Part shown: piece after piece, positions 29,090-43,186 of the stretch
Layout of the letters: each line of letters starts with the position of its first letter
Position numbering within the stretch: the first letter of the stretch is position 1
Source: Octopus sinensis
Taxonomy: Eukaryota
Direction: 5' to 3'
Length of the DNA stretch: 64,000 nucleotides
Assembly: GCF_006345805.1 (NCBI RefSeq)
Contig: NC_042998.1
Span: 53,754,001-53,818,000 of the forward strand
Position numbers and translations under genes: made by a program
The notes under the pieces: generated by a model
Seen by the model: only the letters and a program-made list of their open reading frames with translations
Database searches by the model: none
What the model was told of the DNA's origin: nothing

Positions 29090-29487
29090 CATAGGTGGTA
29101 AGTAGCTTGCTTACCAACCACATGGTTCCGGGTTCAGTCCCACTGCATGGCACCTTGGGCAAGTGTCTTCTACTATAGCCTCAGGCCGACCAAAGCCTTG
29201 TGAGTGGATTTGGTAGACAGAAACTGAAAGAAGCCCATCGTATATATGTATATTCATATATATTGTGTGTGTGTGTGTGTCTGTGCTTGTTTCCCCCCAA
29301 CATCACTTGACAACCAATGCTGGTGTGTTTATGTCCCCTGTAACTTAGCGGTTCAGCAAAAGAGACTGATAGAATAAGTACTAGGCTTCCAAAGAGTAAG
29401 TCCTGGGGTCGATTTGCTCGACTAAAGGCGGTGCTCTAGCATGGCCACAGTCAAATGACTGAAACAAGTAAAAGAGTAAAAGAGTAA
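29090..29487 (+). mobile_element. Near-full-length SINE family A with internal (TA)/(TG) microsatellite
   Basis: Head GGTGGTAAGTAGCTTGC...CCGGGTTCAGTCCC; tail (GAGTAAAA)n. Confidence 0.8.
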
Positions 29488-29498
29488 GCTTGAAAACA

Positions 29499-29808
29499 GA
29501 GGGATCCAGTGGATACAAATTAATTTATTAACCAATTAACATCTTCAGCTACAATTGTTTCATTTTGCACATACACACATAATAAACATGCTCATATATT
29601 CTTAGTCTGCTGAAGTATTCCAACAGATCATAATGTAATTCTTGTATTGTCCTTTCTCAATCCCTAATGATTTTCCCCCTGAGGCATTTTGAAATGCAAG
29701 CTTATGTATTTATATACGTTTTGTAGTTTAAATTGTTTGCAAAATGAAACAATTACAGGTGAAGATGTTAACTGATTAATAAATCAATTTGTGTCCATTG
29801 GATCTCTC
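29499..29808. mobile_element. ~310-bp MITE with ~71-bp imperfect TIRs
   Basis: GAGGGATCCAGTGGATACAAATT...CATTTTGCA (29499-29569) versus TGCAAAATG...GTCCATTGGATCTCTC (29738-29808). Confidence 0.75.
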
Positions 29809-30590
29809 CACTTTCAAACTTAATAATAATATTTGATATTTTATGATATTTTATATAATATATTCATTGAAGAAATATCTCTTCAAAATACAATATATTG
29901 AACCAGTGTATTTTAGATAAAAATATCTCTATAAGAGGGTCTAAATATCTTTATAGGAACTATATATATATACATACAGACATACATATGTATATATATA
30001 TTTATATATATATATGGACTTTGAAAGATAATGAAACACCACATGTGATTAAATGGAAAGTCATTGGGAACTCCTTCCTTATGGGAATGGATCAAATAAA
30101 TGAAGCTTTGTTTAGCTGAAAGAGTGCATATCTGTTCAGATCTAAGATCCCTAACTCTCTACTGAACTCTAGGTCAGAAATTTTCAGTGGTTACAAGCAT
30201 ATGTATAAATACATTTTGAAGATTTGGAAAATTCCACTTTTTCCTAACTTGATATCTCTCCAGCCTTATCATTTCAGGTCTAAGAACAATAGCTCTTACG
30301 TTTTTGCTTTTTAGCTTTCACATTTTAGTTTATGTGTTTTCATTTTCCAATTTTTACTTTCTGCATATTTTATCTGCTGCCTTCGCAGTTTTTTTTTTTT
30401 TTTTTTTTTTGCGTTTCTTCTATTATTCAGTTTTTTTTAGTTCATTATGATATGTGGTTTGCACCTGAAGAATATGTTTGCATATTTCTCAACATAGAAA
30501 ACTATTAGAAGCACTTAAGTACATGTATTGTGCCCTTTAAATCATACACACACACATATATATATATAGACATTTATATATGCATGTGTG

Positions 30591-30622
<32 letters not shown>

Positions 30623-31292
30623 ATATATATATACATATATATATACATATATATATATATGTGCATATTGAACTGTGGTAATGCTGGGTTACCATCAAAG
30701 TAGAATACACTCAATTGTATCAACTTTGTATATAACTGGAACTTATTTATCACCCTCAGATGGATGAATGATAAAATCAACCCAAGAGGATTTGATAAAA
30801 AAAAATGACAAAATATTTTATACAACAGCCTACCTATTTTGTTTCACTAAAGAAAATTTTGTTGTTTGTTTGTTAACTTTTAGGTTAATCTTGTATCAAT
30901 TTTTTAAAAACTGTTATGAAATGGAATGAGAACTGAAGCATATTGAATATTTCTCTACTTGTATTGTTTTATGGATATCTTTCAGTATCCATGTGGCAGT
31001 TCCTTGTCAGTTAGAAATATATGTAAGCATTAAGATAAATGTTAAAATAAGTGTACATTTGTGTCAATTGTGAAGAATGGGGATTTTGCTTTGTTTGTTT
31101 CCATTTAATCCATTCAGGATAGTGGTTCAGAAATGTGGAAGGAGGCTTGCATTTATTTCATAACTCATAAATGTGTAACAACTCATAGATTTTAGAGTTT
31201 ACATAAGCATATAACACAATTTCAGTAGCAAGATTTGAACACCTGGTTTTCAGAATTATTGTATTGTATCACTGAAGTCAGTCTAATTCTAG

Positions 31293-31353
<61 letters not shown>

Positions 31354-32109
31354 TATACATATATATATGTATATATACATATATATATGTATAGAGAGAG
31401 AGAGCGATAAATAATGGTTTGATTGCTACAATGTGTTTTTTCTTTCTTCCGTTTACTTGAAAATTCATGAGCTTATAGCTAGTGATCACTGGTGCCACAG
31501 TTCAGACACTAAACATTTCTGATCTCCTTTACCGGGTAGATAAGAGCTGAGACAAACAACCGATTGTATAAGTATTAAAATGACCATCTATACATACCAA
31601 TATTGAATATTCCACAAACAAAACAGACAATATATTATATAGACATTTTGTCACTACTCTTTTCATGATACTATTTCCCATTTACTATGTACTTCTTTTA
31701 CAAACAAAAGAAGAAAGGAAAAAAAATATTCATGGTAATCCAACAAAGATAAAAAAGAAGTGCTTTTAGTGGATGGATATTTAATGGCTGAACATAATTC
31801 TCATGATATTAACCATCACAGAGGAAAATAATAATTCTAAAGAATCATTCAATGAATCTCATTCTGCTTCAGTTTGGTTAAATCACATATGCTCTTCCAG
31901 ACAGACTTTATGAATATCATTAAATACGGGAATAAATAATCTGGCAAAGGAGCTGTGACAATTAATGTTAAAAGAAAATTATAAACCACATTACACCATA
32001 GAAGTCTTACAGAATTAATTAATTTATATGCATTGTACTTTGGTTCCATAATTTATACGATGCATTGTATATTATGAAAAACTAATTGCCAGATACACAC
32101 AGCCAGATG

Positions 32110-32157
32110 ATTTATTGACTGATATATATACATGTGTGTGTGTGTGTGTATATATCT

Positions 32158-32221
<64 letters not shown>

Positions 32222-32282
32222 GTATATATACATATATATATATATACACACACACACATATATATATATACACACATATATA

Positions 32283-32348
<66 letters not shown>

Positions 32349-32410
32349 TATACACATATATATATATGTATATATATATATATTATATATATATAATATA
32401 TATATATATA
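32110..32410. repeat. Long compound (TA)n/(CA)n microsatellite
   Basis: Directly visible; similar tracts at 26020-26200, 30590-30660 and 31290-31395. Confidence 0.95.
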
Positions 32411-34085
32411 CTCATTTAATGTTAATGCTTATTCTAGCATGGGTTAGATGGTTTGACAGGATCCAGTGAGCCAATGGCATGCATAGTGCTCTATGTCAGC
32501 TTTGGTAGGGTTTCTATGACTGGATGCCCTTCCTACCTCGAACCATTTGTTTACTGGGTGCTTTTTTCATCCCATTGGCTCTGCTGGTATTGTCCAATAA
32601 CTTGCAAGACAGGAAAGAACAAGAAAGAGAAAACGCAAAAGCCCTTTCAACTAAGTTGGGGCAGGGGAATATTTGAGAGGGAGAAGTGATTTTTATGCTA
32701 GAGACAAACAGGTGTATCTGGAGAAAAGTAAGATGGTAGTGATGGGTTGTCAGAGCAAAACTCTTGAGAAACAAGATATGGTACATGCAGCAATTCAGCC
32801 GGTGGAGTCATAAGGGTTGAAGGGGAGAATACCAGATGGTTGGAGATGGGGGGGTAGAAGTGAATGTAGCGACTGACGAACAGGAGTGGAGGCATAGACG
32901 TAATGGGAAATATGAGTATTGATGAGGATGGTTAAGATGAGAGAGAAGAGTGATTCAGGTATGAAAGTTCAGAAAGTAAAAGATGATAAGCAAGCAATAC
33001 ATTGGAGTGGTTGGGAAGGGGTACATAAGAGGTAAATAAAGTGAAGGGGCATGGTGACAGACAAGAGTGAGTACCGGAAATAATAGCCTATATGTAAGGA
33101 GTTAAGATAAAGCATGGCAGAGGAGGGTAAAGAGAACACCTGGAAGTTCTTGGGAAAGGTTAATAATGAGAATGAGGGATGGAAGTGGAAGAAAGAGGGG
33201 AGGGAAGGCAGTAACCTGTAGCACAAAAAGTTAGGTGATGTAATATGTGTCAAGGAAAGATGGTTCTTGGGAGAAAGGCTGGATAGGGAGATGAGATATG
33301 GGGAATGCTTGACTGAGCAGTGAGGATGTAGAAACAGGACCTTGCACATACAAACGAACAAAATTATCTTAGAACCTCATATTTGCTGTTGTCTTCTCAA
33401 ACAGAGCAAATGATCAGTCATCTTAATTCTTTGTCCTTTCCTCCATTAGGTTCAGTGTCTTGAAACCAGCCTTCACTATTTCATTCTATGTTTTTCTGGA
33501 TCTTTCTCTACTAAATGTTCCAGCAACAGGCACTTCTTTATGCAACAGTCCTCATTCATATGCATCACATCACCAAACCAGCACAGTCTTCTCTCTTGCA
33601 CACTACATTTGATTCTTCTTAGGCATATTTTCCTCAGTACATTAGCACTTTGTTATACAAGCACACTGGCACAGCACATCACATCTAATAGAGCAAGTTA
33701 GCGTCATTCCTCTCTAGTCTTTGCATATCCTCTACATTCACAGCTACATTTCACTCACCAAATTCCATGACCTTTTACAGGGCTTCCATGATAGCTGAGG
33801 GAAGGAATAAGCTATCTAGATGTGTAGTCTGTTGCTTACAGTGGAGTGGTACAAAAGGTACCAAATGGTGCCAGGTGGTGGAGTTGAATCAGGGACTGAA
33901 TAAGTCTACCACCCAAGTAGGCTGAAGGTAGAATTACAATTCAAAACACAAAGAACCACAACAAATACCACGAGGTACCTGGAATGATTTTTTTTCTTAA
34001 TGTCTCCACTTATCCAACATCTTGGATTAGTATTTTCATTTTATTAAACCCAGAAGGATGGTGGGCAAAGTAAATACACACATAC

Positions 34086-34158
<73 letters not shown>

Positions 34159-37100
34159 ATACATTCTATCTTACTTAGATATATCTAGAACAAAGTCTTT
34201 TCTGGCTCAGAGTCTCGCTCTTTCATTATTCTAAATACATTTGCTACTGCTGCTACCACTCTTCAAACTCTCCTGATCGCTAAAAACTATTTGACTATCT
34301 CTTACACCACCTCAAGAGCAGCTATTGCATTTCACACCTCTTGGAATTTATTGTCCAGTGACTTCAAAATTCGCACCTCTTCTTGGTTCTAGTATTCTTC
34401 ACAAAATATACCACTGATACAGAAATGGAATTTTTTCCTTTTTTTCCTATCAACAACGTATAACATCTCTTCCACATAAACATTCCTTCTCTCTTTCTCA
34501 CCTCTAAATGAGACCTCTACCAAACTAACACCATTTCTAAAGCCAGCAGATTCTTCATCTGCTGCTAAACCCTTTCACTGTGGAAATTGGATTTATTCAT
34601 TCAAAATTTTAGTTGATAAAATAAGTGCCTGTTGTGCACTGGAGGCAATATAACTGACTTACCCTCCCCTAAAATTGCTGGCATTGTGCCAAATCTTGAA
34701 ACAAATATTTAAGTGCCCACAGTTCTTCAATGTCCTGACAAAAAAAAGACCCCGAGAGATCTCTAGAGGATAGATATTAATGTAAAAGAAGTGAATAAAG
34801 ATGGATGTAATGTAAATGCAAAAGTATTCAGGAGACACCTAAACATTCTACTCTCTGAGATTCCAGATTCCACAGCAAAAATATTTTTTTAATTAAAAAG
34901 TAGACAGCATTATTAAACTTACTTGTTCACCAAATATTGATTACATCTTAAAGGGTATACATTAAACATTACAATTGGGCAATTCTATCATAACCGAGGC
35001 AGCATTTACAAGAATTTTCTAATACTAAAAATGTCCTGGCATCTTACTTAAGCTAACTGAAATGTAATGACCCATGAATACTTTAACTGCTGTGGCCCAT
35101 TAATATTGCTACATATGAACTGAAATTCTATGTTTGAACTAGTTTGTCTTAGAGAGAATAAATACTTGCATAACTGGCGCAGTGAAAAAAAAACATGATA
35201 TCTGACTTGGTGGCACTTATGCTGGAAACCCTGTGCAGAAAATTTACATGTACAAACAATTTTTATATCAAAAGAAACTGGAAGTGGTATGGATGTTATA
35301 CATGCTTTCATATCCAATATTATAGCTTAATACATGCAGTGCCTTTGGTAATATATAACTGACACAACAGGTACACGTAAGTGATGCAACATTTCCACCT
35401 AGAAATGTGTAACTGGTGCAACACTGGGACTCGGGTACCAATTAGTATTCTATATTTTTATTCTTATCAATGAGGAACATGAGGAATTGATCAAAGGGTA
35501 AAAGTACACACTGTGTATTCAAAATGTGTGCTGCACTTGAACACAAAGTTCTAAATAACATTTCTTAAAGCTTATTGCAGCATATGCATAATGTCTTACA
35601 TAATTAAATCCAGACATTTTACATGCATTGCAGGTAACTGTGGAAGCCCTATAATACTGCAAGCCACTGATCATAATGTGACTGAAATTTCCATGAACAG
35701 GGCACAACAAATATAACTGAAAATATAAAGTACTGTGTATAAGAATAATATTCCCCCTTACAGCATGTCATAATAGTTGCATTGCTTTAAAGTAATTATT
35801 TGTCAGGATTTTGTAGACTAAATTTATAATGCCAAAATGTAACTGATGCAACAAATTTTAATGGCCACAGTAAATTCCAAAAAATAATGCTGCCAAACTG
35901 TAGTTTTACTCTAGTTCCACCTGAAAATATATCTTTGCAAGGTGGAAAGTTAATTTTTTTCTAGGATGGAACTGGATACCTACCTTTTGTCCTTGAAGTC
36001 AAATTGTCATCTTCAAGACTGGCTGCAAGATGGCTGCCCTAGTCACAAGACAGCAGGCCTGCAGATTTTTTCTATTTACTTTTTGATACTTTTTTGAATC
36101 CTATTGGCTTATGGGAACATAAAAATACTTAAATCATGGTAGCACACTTTTATTATAATTTTTCAGTTTTTGTCTTCTTTTGCATGGAATTGCCCAATTA
36201 ATAATTTCCTATGACATTTTCATTGTTATATGGTAATATTAAATAAACCATAAAAAAAATAAATGTGCCCTTATAAAGCCTAGCCAGGCTCATGGGCCTG
36301 GTTTCCCAGTTTCTATGGCGTCTGTTTTCCCCAGCTGGATGGGACGCCAGTCCATCGCAGCATTACTCATTTTTGCTAGCTGAGTGGACTGGAGCAATGT
36401 GAAATGAAGTGTTTTGCTCAAGAACACAACGCGTCACCCAGTCCAGGAATCGAAACCACAATCTTATGATCATGGTGCTGATACCCTAACCACTAAGCCA
36501 TGCACCTTCACTTAATAAACTATACTTTAAAAGAAATTTTAGATACCTTCACATCACCCAAAATTATCATTTTCCATTCAAGGAGAAGATATATATTGTG
36601 TGGAATGCCATGAAGCTCCAAGCCTTGCATTGATTACTTGATCTCAGATCAACAACTCTCTACAATTCATTCACTACTTATGTATTTCCTACAAGTGTCA
36701 TTTTGCCAATATTCAGGAGGAACATTAATGGCATCAATCTACCCTGTCTTTGAGGATTTTCAAAAGCCATGGGCACTGTTGTTCCTCCAAATCCAGCAAT
36801 TAAAGAAAATCTGTGCATAGTTGTTTCTCATCTTTGGATTTGCAAATAAAATAAGTCAGAAATACAATACAAGGCTATACAGAAGAATTATTCACATCTA
36901 CAAATAAATTCAAGCTTCCTATTATTCAAACCACGAAGAATGGCTCTGAAAAAAGTAGCACAATTCCTTAAATAAAAGTGTTATAATTTATAGCAATTAA
37001 ATTCCATTTCTTAAGAAACATACCAAATAGATAACTATTAACGAATAATGAATGAATGTAGTTTAATTCTTTATTTGCTTCAAAATCAATTGCCTTGTTC

Positions 37101-38840
37101 ATGATTTAACACTGATAAATATTTAGTATGTAAAAGTAGTTTATAGAGATCTTATAATGATGGTTTATGAAACAGTGCTATTGACTAACAGAATAACTAT
37201 CAATGTTACAAACATCAATTCCATTGAAAGTTGTATGTTAGCAAAAATGAACCAATGTCCATTGAAATATTTTGCGAAATACTGTTGTTAGTTTCCAATA
37301 AATTTTCTTTGAACTTCCAATGTACATTGTGCTAAAATCATTTAATAAATTGGAGCTTTGGTTTTTTTTTTTCCCCTTTCTTTTTTTTTTTTTGTATCTC
37401 CGTGATTTTTTTTTAATAGATTGTCTTCTCACATTTTATTAGCTAGAAAATCTGTTATGAGAATAAAACCATTTGTTCACTTTTACATTTTTGCTTTTAT
37501 TTAGAAGCATAATTTGAGCAATGAAAATAATAACAACTTGAATTTCTAATTTACAGCATGGTTACTAATCAATAAAATTGAAAAGTAATCAAAAAATAGA
37601 ATGGATATATTCACTAGCTAACGACTATATTTTCTTCATTTCTTTACCACACAGATGTCATCTGTATTTACTTCCATTCATGACCTACAATAGCTTAAGG
37701 AGACACTAAAATCAATTAAATGTTTATTCTATTTCTTCATTTCTAGAAAGTAAAAGTTATGAGCTCGTATCTTCTTCATTTTCTTTCAATCCTTTTTATC
37801 ATAATTACAGCTTGAAAACTTTTGCAGAAAATTGATTGCCAAGTAAACCTGAGAAAATTAACTGAAATATTTAATTTTTTTTTTTTTGTTACTATATAGA
37901 AAAAAACTCAAAAAACAAACCTATTAAATACTTTTAAATGCACACGTAGACAATTCTCAACTTAAAAAAAAAAAAACAGTTTTGTCCTCCTCCCCTCCTC
38001 ATTGTCATCAACATTGTTGCTGTGATCATCATCATCCAGCACCATCATCATCAACATTACCATCGTCATCATCATTATCATCATCACCATCATAATCATT
38101 ACCATTATCACTGTTATCTTCACAATTGTCATGCATTCCTCGTTGATATCCTCCTTACATTTATCTTCATTGTTATCCCTTTGTTTTTATTCATATCCTA
38201 CTTGATACATTTGTAATTATACATAATTAGTATTCAAATAATAATTCTGAGTACTCCCTCATTTTTTGCTATTGTATAAAACCCTAAAAATATATTGCTT
38301 ATAAAAGAAAACTTTACTGCTCTTCCAAATATACACCAAACAAAGTCACTTTCCCAATATATTTCAGGCTTCCACCTCTTTTCAATTGTTTGGACAATGA
38401 CAGTGAATCCATAATAAAATAAAATAATAAAAATAATCGTCTTTTTTATTCTAAGCACAAGGCTTGAAATTTTGGGGGAGGAGGCCAGTCAGTTATATCA
38501 ACCCTAGTATGCAACTGGTACTTAATTTATCGACCCTGAAAGGATGAAAGGTAAAGTCAACCTCAGTGGAATTTGAACTCAGAACATAGAGAGAGATGAA
38601 ATGCAGCTAAGTATTTCACCTGGCGTGCTAGCGATTCTACCAGCTCGCCGCCTTATAATATCAATAAGAATAATACAAAGAAAATGAACAATTTTATCCA
38701 TTATTGGAACAAGGCAAGAAATTTTGTAGGAGGGGGCTAGTCAATTACCACAACTCCAGTGCTTCACTGGTACTTATTTTATCAACCCCAAAAGGATGAA
38801 AGTCAAAGTTGACCTCGGTAGAATTTGAACTAGGAACATA

Positions 38841-39003
38841 AGGCACAGTTGTGGCTGTGTGGTAAGAAGCTTACTTCCCAGTCACTTAATTCCAGGTTCA
38901 GTCCCACTGCGTGGCACCTTAGGCAAGTGTCTTCTACTGTAGCCTCGGACCAACCAAAGCTTTGTCAGTGGATTTGGTAGACGAAAACTGAAAGAAGCCT
39001 ATC

Positions 39004-39005
<2 letters not shown>
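38841..39005 (+). mobile_element. 5' half of a SINE family A copy (3' half at 47128-47365)
   Basis: Ends at GAAAGAAGCCTATCG-(TA)n, exactly where family A has its internal microsatellite. The matching GTGTTTGTCCCC...GTCAAATGACTGAAACAAG continues after 47128. Confidence 0.8.
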
Positions 39006-39042
<37 letters not shown>

Positions 39043-39129
39043 TATTAGAGACAAAACCACTATTTTGCAAAACAAACAAGGAAAGACTTAATCAATACAT
39101 AAAATTTTAATAAATAGTCAAAAAAACCG

Positions 39130-39172
39130 CCACTACAATCGTTTCTTGTCTTGATCGACAATCTTCAGGTGG
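39130..39172 (-). ncRNA. Minimal type I hammerhead ribozyme (PLE-type)
   Basis: Exact reverse complement of 45667-45709. Confidence 0.8.
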
Positions 39173-41359
39173 ACTTCCAATCTAAAAAATCAATATTTTA
39201 AAATATAAAAATAATAATTTTAAAATAATTAAAGTATGAATGAAAAAATATAAGTATATAATCCATATATAACCTATCTATAATCCATATATAATCAATA
39301 TATAAACAATATATAAACTAAAAAAAACCTATCAACAATTAAATATAAAATATAAAATATAAAATATAAAATATAAAACAAAACAAAAAAAATAATAATA
39401 ATATAATATAAACTATATATACACCCATACACATATACCTAATTATATATAACCATATCTAACTACATACACTAAATCACACACCTATATATATATCCCT
39501 ATACATACACATAAAATGTCTAGGCAACTAAAATAAATAAAATAGCTAAATACTTCAACACAATACTTATTCATACTCCCACACACACACACATACAACC
39601 CACATTCACGCTCTAGAAAACGGACATCACTCAAAACTATGAACGGAGAAATGGAATAAATGGAATTAAAAATTATATTCACTTGGTAAAACGAACACTA
39701 CTTAAAAATTATGAATGAAACAATGCAATAAAACAACAGACATCGCAAATAGACACAAATTACTACGAATTCCTTATCAAACCTACCATGATAAACCAAA
39801 ACTCATAAAACATATAATGATAAAATCTCCCTTTACTAAACTCTATAACAAACCTATATAGCAATCCCCCTAACCTAAACATTCACACACAAATACACAC
39901 ACGTAAACCACACACCCACGACATATACAAATACCCACACCACTTACACATACCAATACATACATATAAACCTCAACATATACTCCAAAAACCCACTCAA
40001 CCCCACACAGACAAATAAACACAAAAATTATGAATGGATTCTTTTATAAAACTACCATGATAAGCTAAAACTCACAAAACAGAAATGATAAAACCTCCCT
40101 TTACTAAACACTAAAACATACTTATATAGCAATTCCTTTAACCTATACATTCACACACAAAACCACACGTAAACCACACACCCATAACAAATACAAACTC
40201 CCACCCCACTCACACACACCCACAAGTACATATAAGCCTTAACATATACACCAAACAAAATTACTTTACCAAGGAACTTAAAATATATATAAAAAGTATA
40301 ACCGCTCTGGAAACGAACATCTCTAAATTAATGAATGGAGAAATGGAATAAATGGATTAAAAATAAAATTCACGTGGCAAAACGACACCACTCAAAAATT
40401 ATGAATGAAACAATATAATAAAACAACCAACATCGAAAATAGACAAATTACTACGAATTCCCTAAAAAAACCATGATAAACCAAAACTCTTAAAAAACAT
40501 ATAACGATAAATCTCCCTTTGCTAAACTCTATAACAAACCTATATAGTAATCCCCCTAACCTAAACATTCACACACAAACACACACGTAAACCACAGACC
40601 CACGACTTATACACATACCTAAACTAACTTATAAACCTCCATATACACCAAAACCCACTCCCTCCCACACAGACAAATTAACTCATACATCCCAAAACCT
40701 AAATAACAAACCCATATACACATTCACACACAAACACACACACACGCAAAACACACACACACAACAGATACATATACTCCCTCACATATACGCATATACA
40801 TACTCACTAAACTCGATATATAAAACAATATATACACACCCACACTCATACAGATAAATAAATTATACAACTAAAAACTCGCACACAATCTCATATACAT
40901 AAACACTCCTATGAAAACAACATTAAATACATCGTAATTAACCAGAATATCAAAAATAACAATATGACATAAAGGTAAATAAAATACATACTTACAATTC
41001 AGTGTCAAATTATGAAGTGAAATTAAATTCTTAGCCATTAAAAAATCAAACCAAAATTACGTTACCATAGAAATAACTTATGTAAAAAAAGACTAACAAA
41101 CAACTTGCAGTAACCCAAACCCATTCTCTATGCCTACCTCACTACTACACTATTCCATTCACAATTCCAAACAACGCTAGTCCACCTCCCGGTTATTCAC
41201 GTGGCAAAACGAACACCACTCAAAAATTATGAATGAAACAATGTAATAAAACAACCAACATCGAAAATAGACAAATTACCACGAATTCCCTAAAAAAACC
41301 ATGATAAACCAAAACTCCTAAAAACATATAACGATAAATCTCCCTTTAATCCCAATATA

Positions 41360-41781
41360 TTCATCCATATATGGACGCAAGTGCGTGAAGCAAATGCACA
41401 CAATTAATACGTACAACCCCCTAATACACACTTATATACATACGTATTAAGCTCGACATCCACAGTGATAAGATTACACCACTAACACCCAGATGGGTGA
41501 ATTGCACAACCAGGAACGCACACAACACGTGTGCGTTTTTTGATTGTGCAATTCGCCCATATGCATGTATGCGGGCGCGATTACATTGTTTATATATCGA
41601 GCCCAAATAGCATGCATATGTACATGTGAGGGGTACACGCAAATGACGTGCGCGTGTACCCCCTGCATTTATACCCGTGCGTGAATATACACATGGAGAC
41701 TACCACACAGGTATAAATGTGTATAGTAATGGGAGCCCCATCACTACACTCAATGTATACTCTCACCCATCCGCACGGATG
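41360..41781. other. Chain of ~9 consecutive hairpins at the palindrome centre
   Basis: Stems read directly, e.g. 41404-13/41441-50, 41493-509/41544-60, 41558-67/41611-20, 41630-40/41652-62, 41666-75/41710-19. Confidence 0.85.
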
Positions 41782-43087
41782 TGTAAGTGTATCTCCGGTG
41801 TATATGTTGAGGCTTATATGTAGCGTTGTGGAGGCGAATGTCGTTGAAATTGTGAATGAATGGGTGGAGTTGGGAATTGTAACCGGGTGGTGGACTAGCG
41901 TTGCTAGGAATTGGGAATTGATTAGTGTGGTAGTGAGGTAGGCATCGGGAATAGGTTTGGGTTGCTGTAGGTCGTTTGTTAGAGCTGCTAGGGTGAGCTA
42001 AAGCTCATAAATGTATATAATGATTTTTCATGGTAGTTTTTTAAAGAATCCATTCATTATAAATTTTTTTTAAGTAGTGTTGGTTTGCTACGTGGATATA
42101 GTTTTTAGTTCCATTTATTCTATTTCTCCATTCATAATTTAAATGACGTTTAATTTCTATGGCGCGTATTCTCTCTTTTTTTACATAAGTTATTTCTATG
42201 GTAACGTAATTTTGGTTTGATTTTTTTAACGGCTAAGAATTTAATTTCACTTCATTATTTGAAATTGACTTGTAGTATGTATTTTATTTATCCTTATGTC
42301 ATATGTTATTTTGATATTCTGGTTAATTACGATGTATTTAATGTTGTTTTCATAGGAGTGTTTATGTATATGAGATTGTGTGTGAGTTTTTAGTTGTATA
42401 TTTTATTTATCTGTATGAGTGTGGGTGTGTAAATATTGTTGTATATATCGAGTTTAGTGAGTATGTATATGAGTATATGTGAGGGAGTATATGTATCTGT
42501 TGTGTGTGTGTGTTTTTTGTGTGTGTGTGTGTTTGTGTGTGAATGTGTATATGGGTTTGTTATTTAGGTTTTGGGATGTATGTGTTAATTTGTCTGTGTG
42601 GGAGGGAGTGGGTTTTGGTGTATATTGAGGTTTATAAATTAGGATAGGTATGTGTATAAGTCGTGGGTCTGTGGTTTACGAGTATGAATTTGTGTGTGAA
42701 TGCTTAGGTTTAGGGGGATTACTATATAGGTTTGTTATAGAGTTTAGCAAAGGGAGATTTTATCGTTATATGTTTTATGAGTTTTGGTTTATCATGGTTA
42801 TTTTAGGGAATTCGTGGTAATTTGTCTATTTCGGTGTTGGTTGTTTTATACATTGTTTCATTCATAATTTTTGAGTGGTGTTCGTTTTGCCACGTGAATA
42901 ACCGGGTGGTGGACTAGCGTTGCTTGGAATTGTGAATGGAATAGTGTAGTAGTGAGGTAGGCATAGAGAATGGGTTTGGGTTACTGCAAGTTGTTTGTTA
43001 GAGCTGCTAAGGTGAGCTAAAGCTCATTGATGTATATAATGATTTTTCATGGTAGTTTTTTAAAGAATCCATTCATAATAAATTTTT

Positions 43088-43186
43088 TTAAGTAGTGTTG
43101 GTTTGCCACGTGGATATAGTTTTTAGTTCCATTTTTCTATTTCTCCATTCATAATTTAAATGACGTTTACTTTCCATGGCGCGTAT
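43088..43186 (-). pseudogene. Possible GIY-YIG endonuclease C-terminal remnant within the repeat module
   Basis: IRAMESKRHLNYEWRNRKMELKTISTWQTNTT* loosely resembles the PLE motif R-x-x-E-x-x-W-I-x-x-L-Q-T-x-x-P-x-G-L-N; other module copies read MELKIIFTW...KIMNE. Weak similarity only. Confidence 0.3.

Noticed and set aside
32600-33360. Strongly purine-rich tract (also 28180-28750)
   Set aside because: Probably decayed retroelement UTR or low-complexity DNA; no motif could be supported.
34870-36850. Non-repetitive stretches with candidate splice sites and short ORFs
   Set aside because: No frame gave a recognisable protein or a consistent exon chain.
39200-41349. AC-skewed sequence resembling mitochondrial DNA (NUMT) or APOBEC-type G-to-A hypermutation
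   Set aside because: No mitochondrial gene or tRNA was recognisable, and no unmutated template is present to show directional change; the skew is better explained by element composition.
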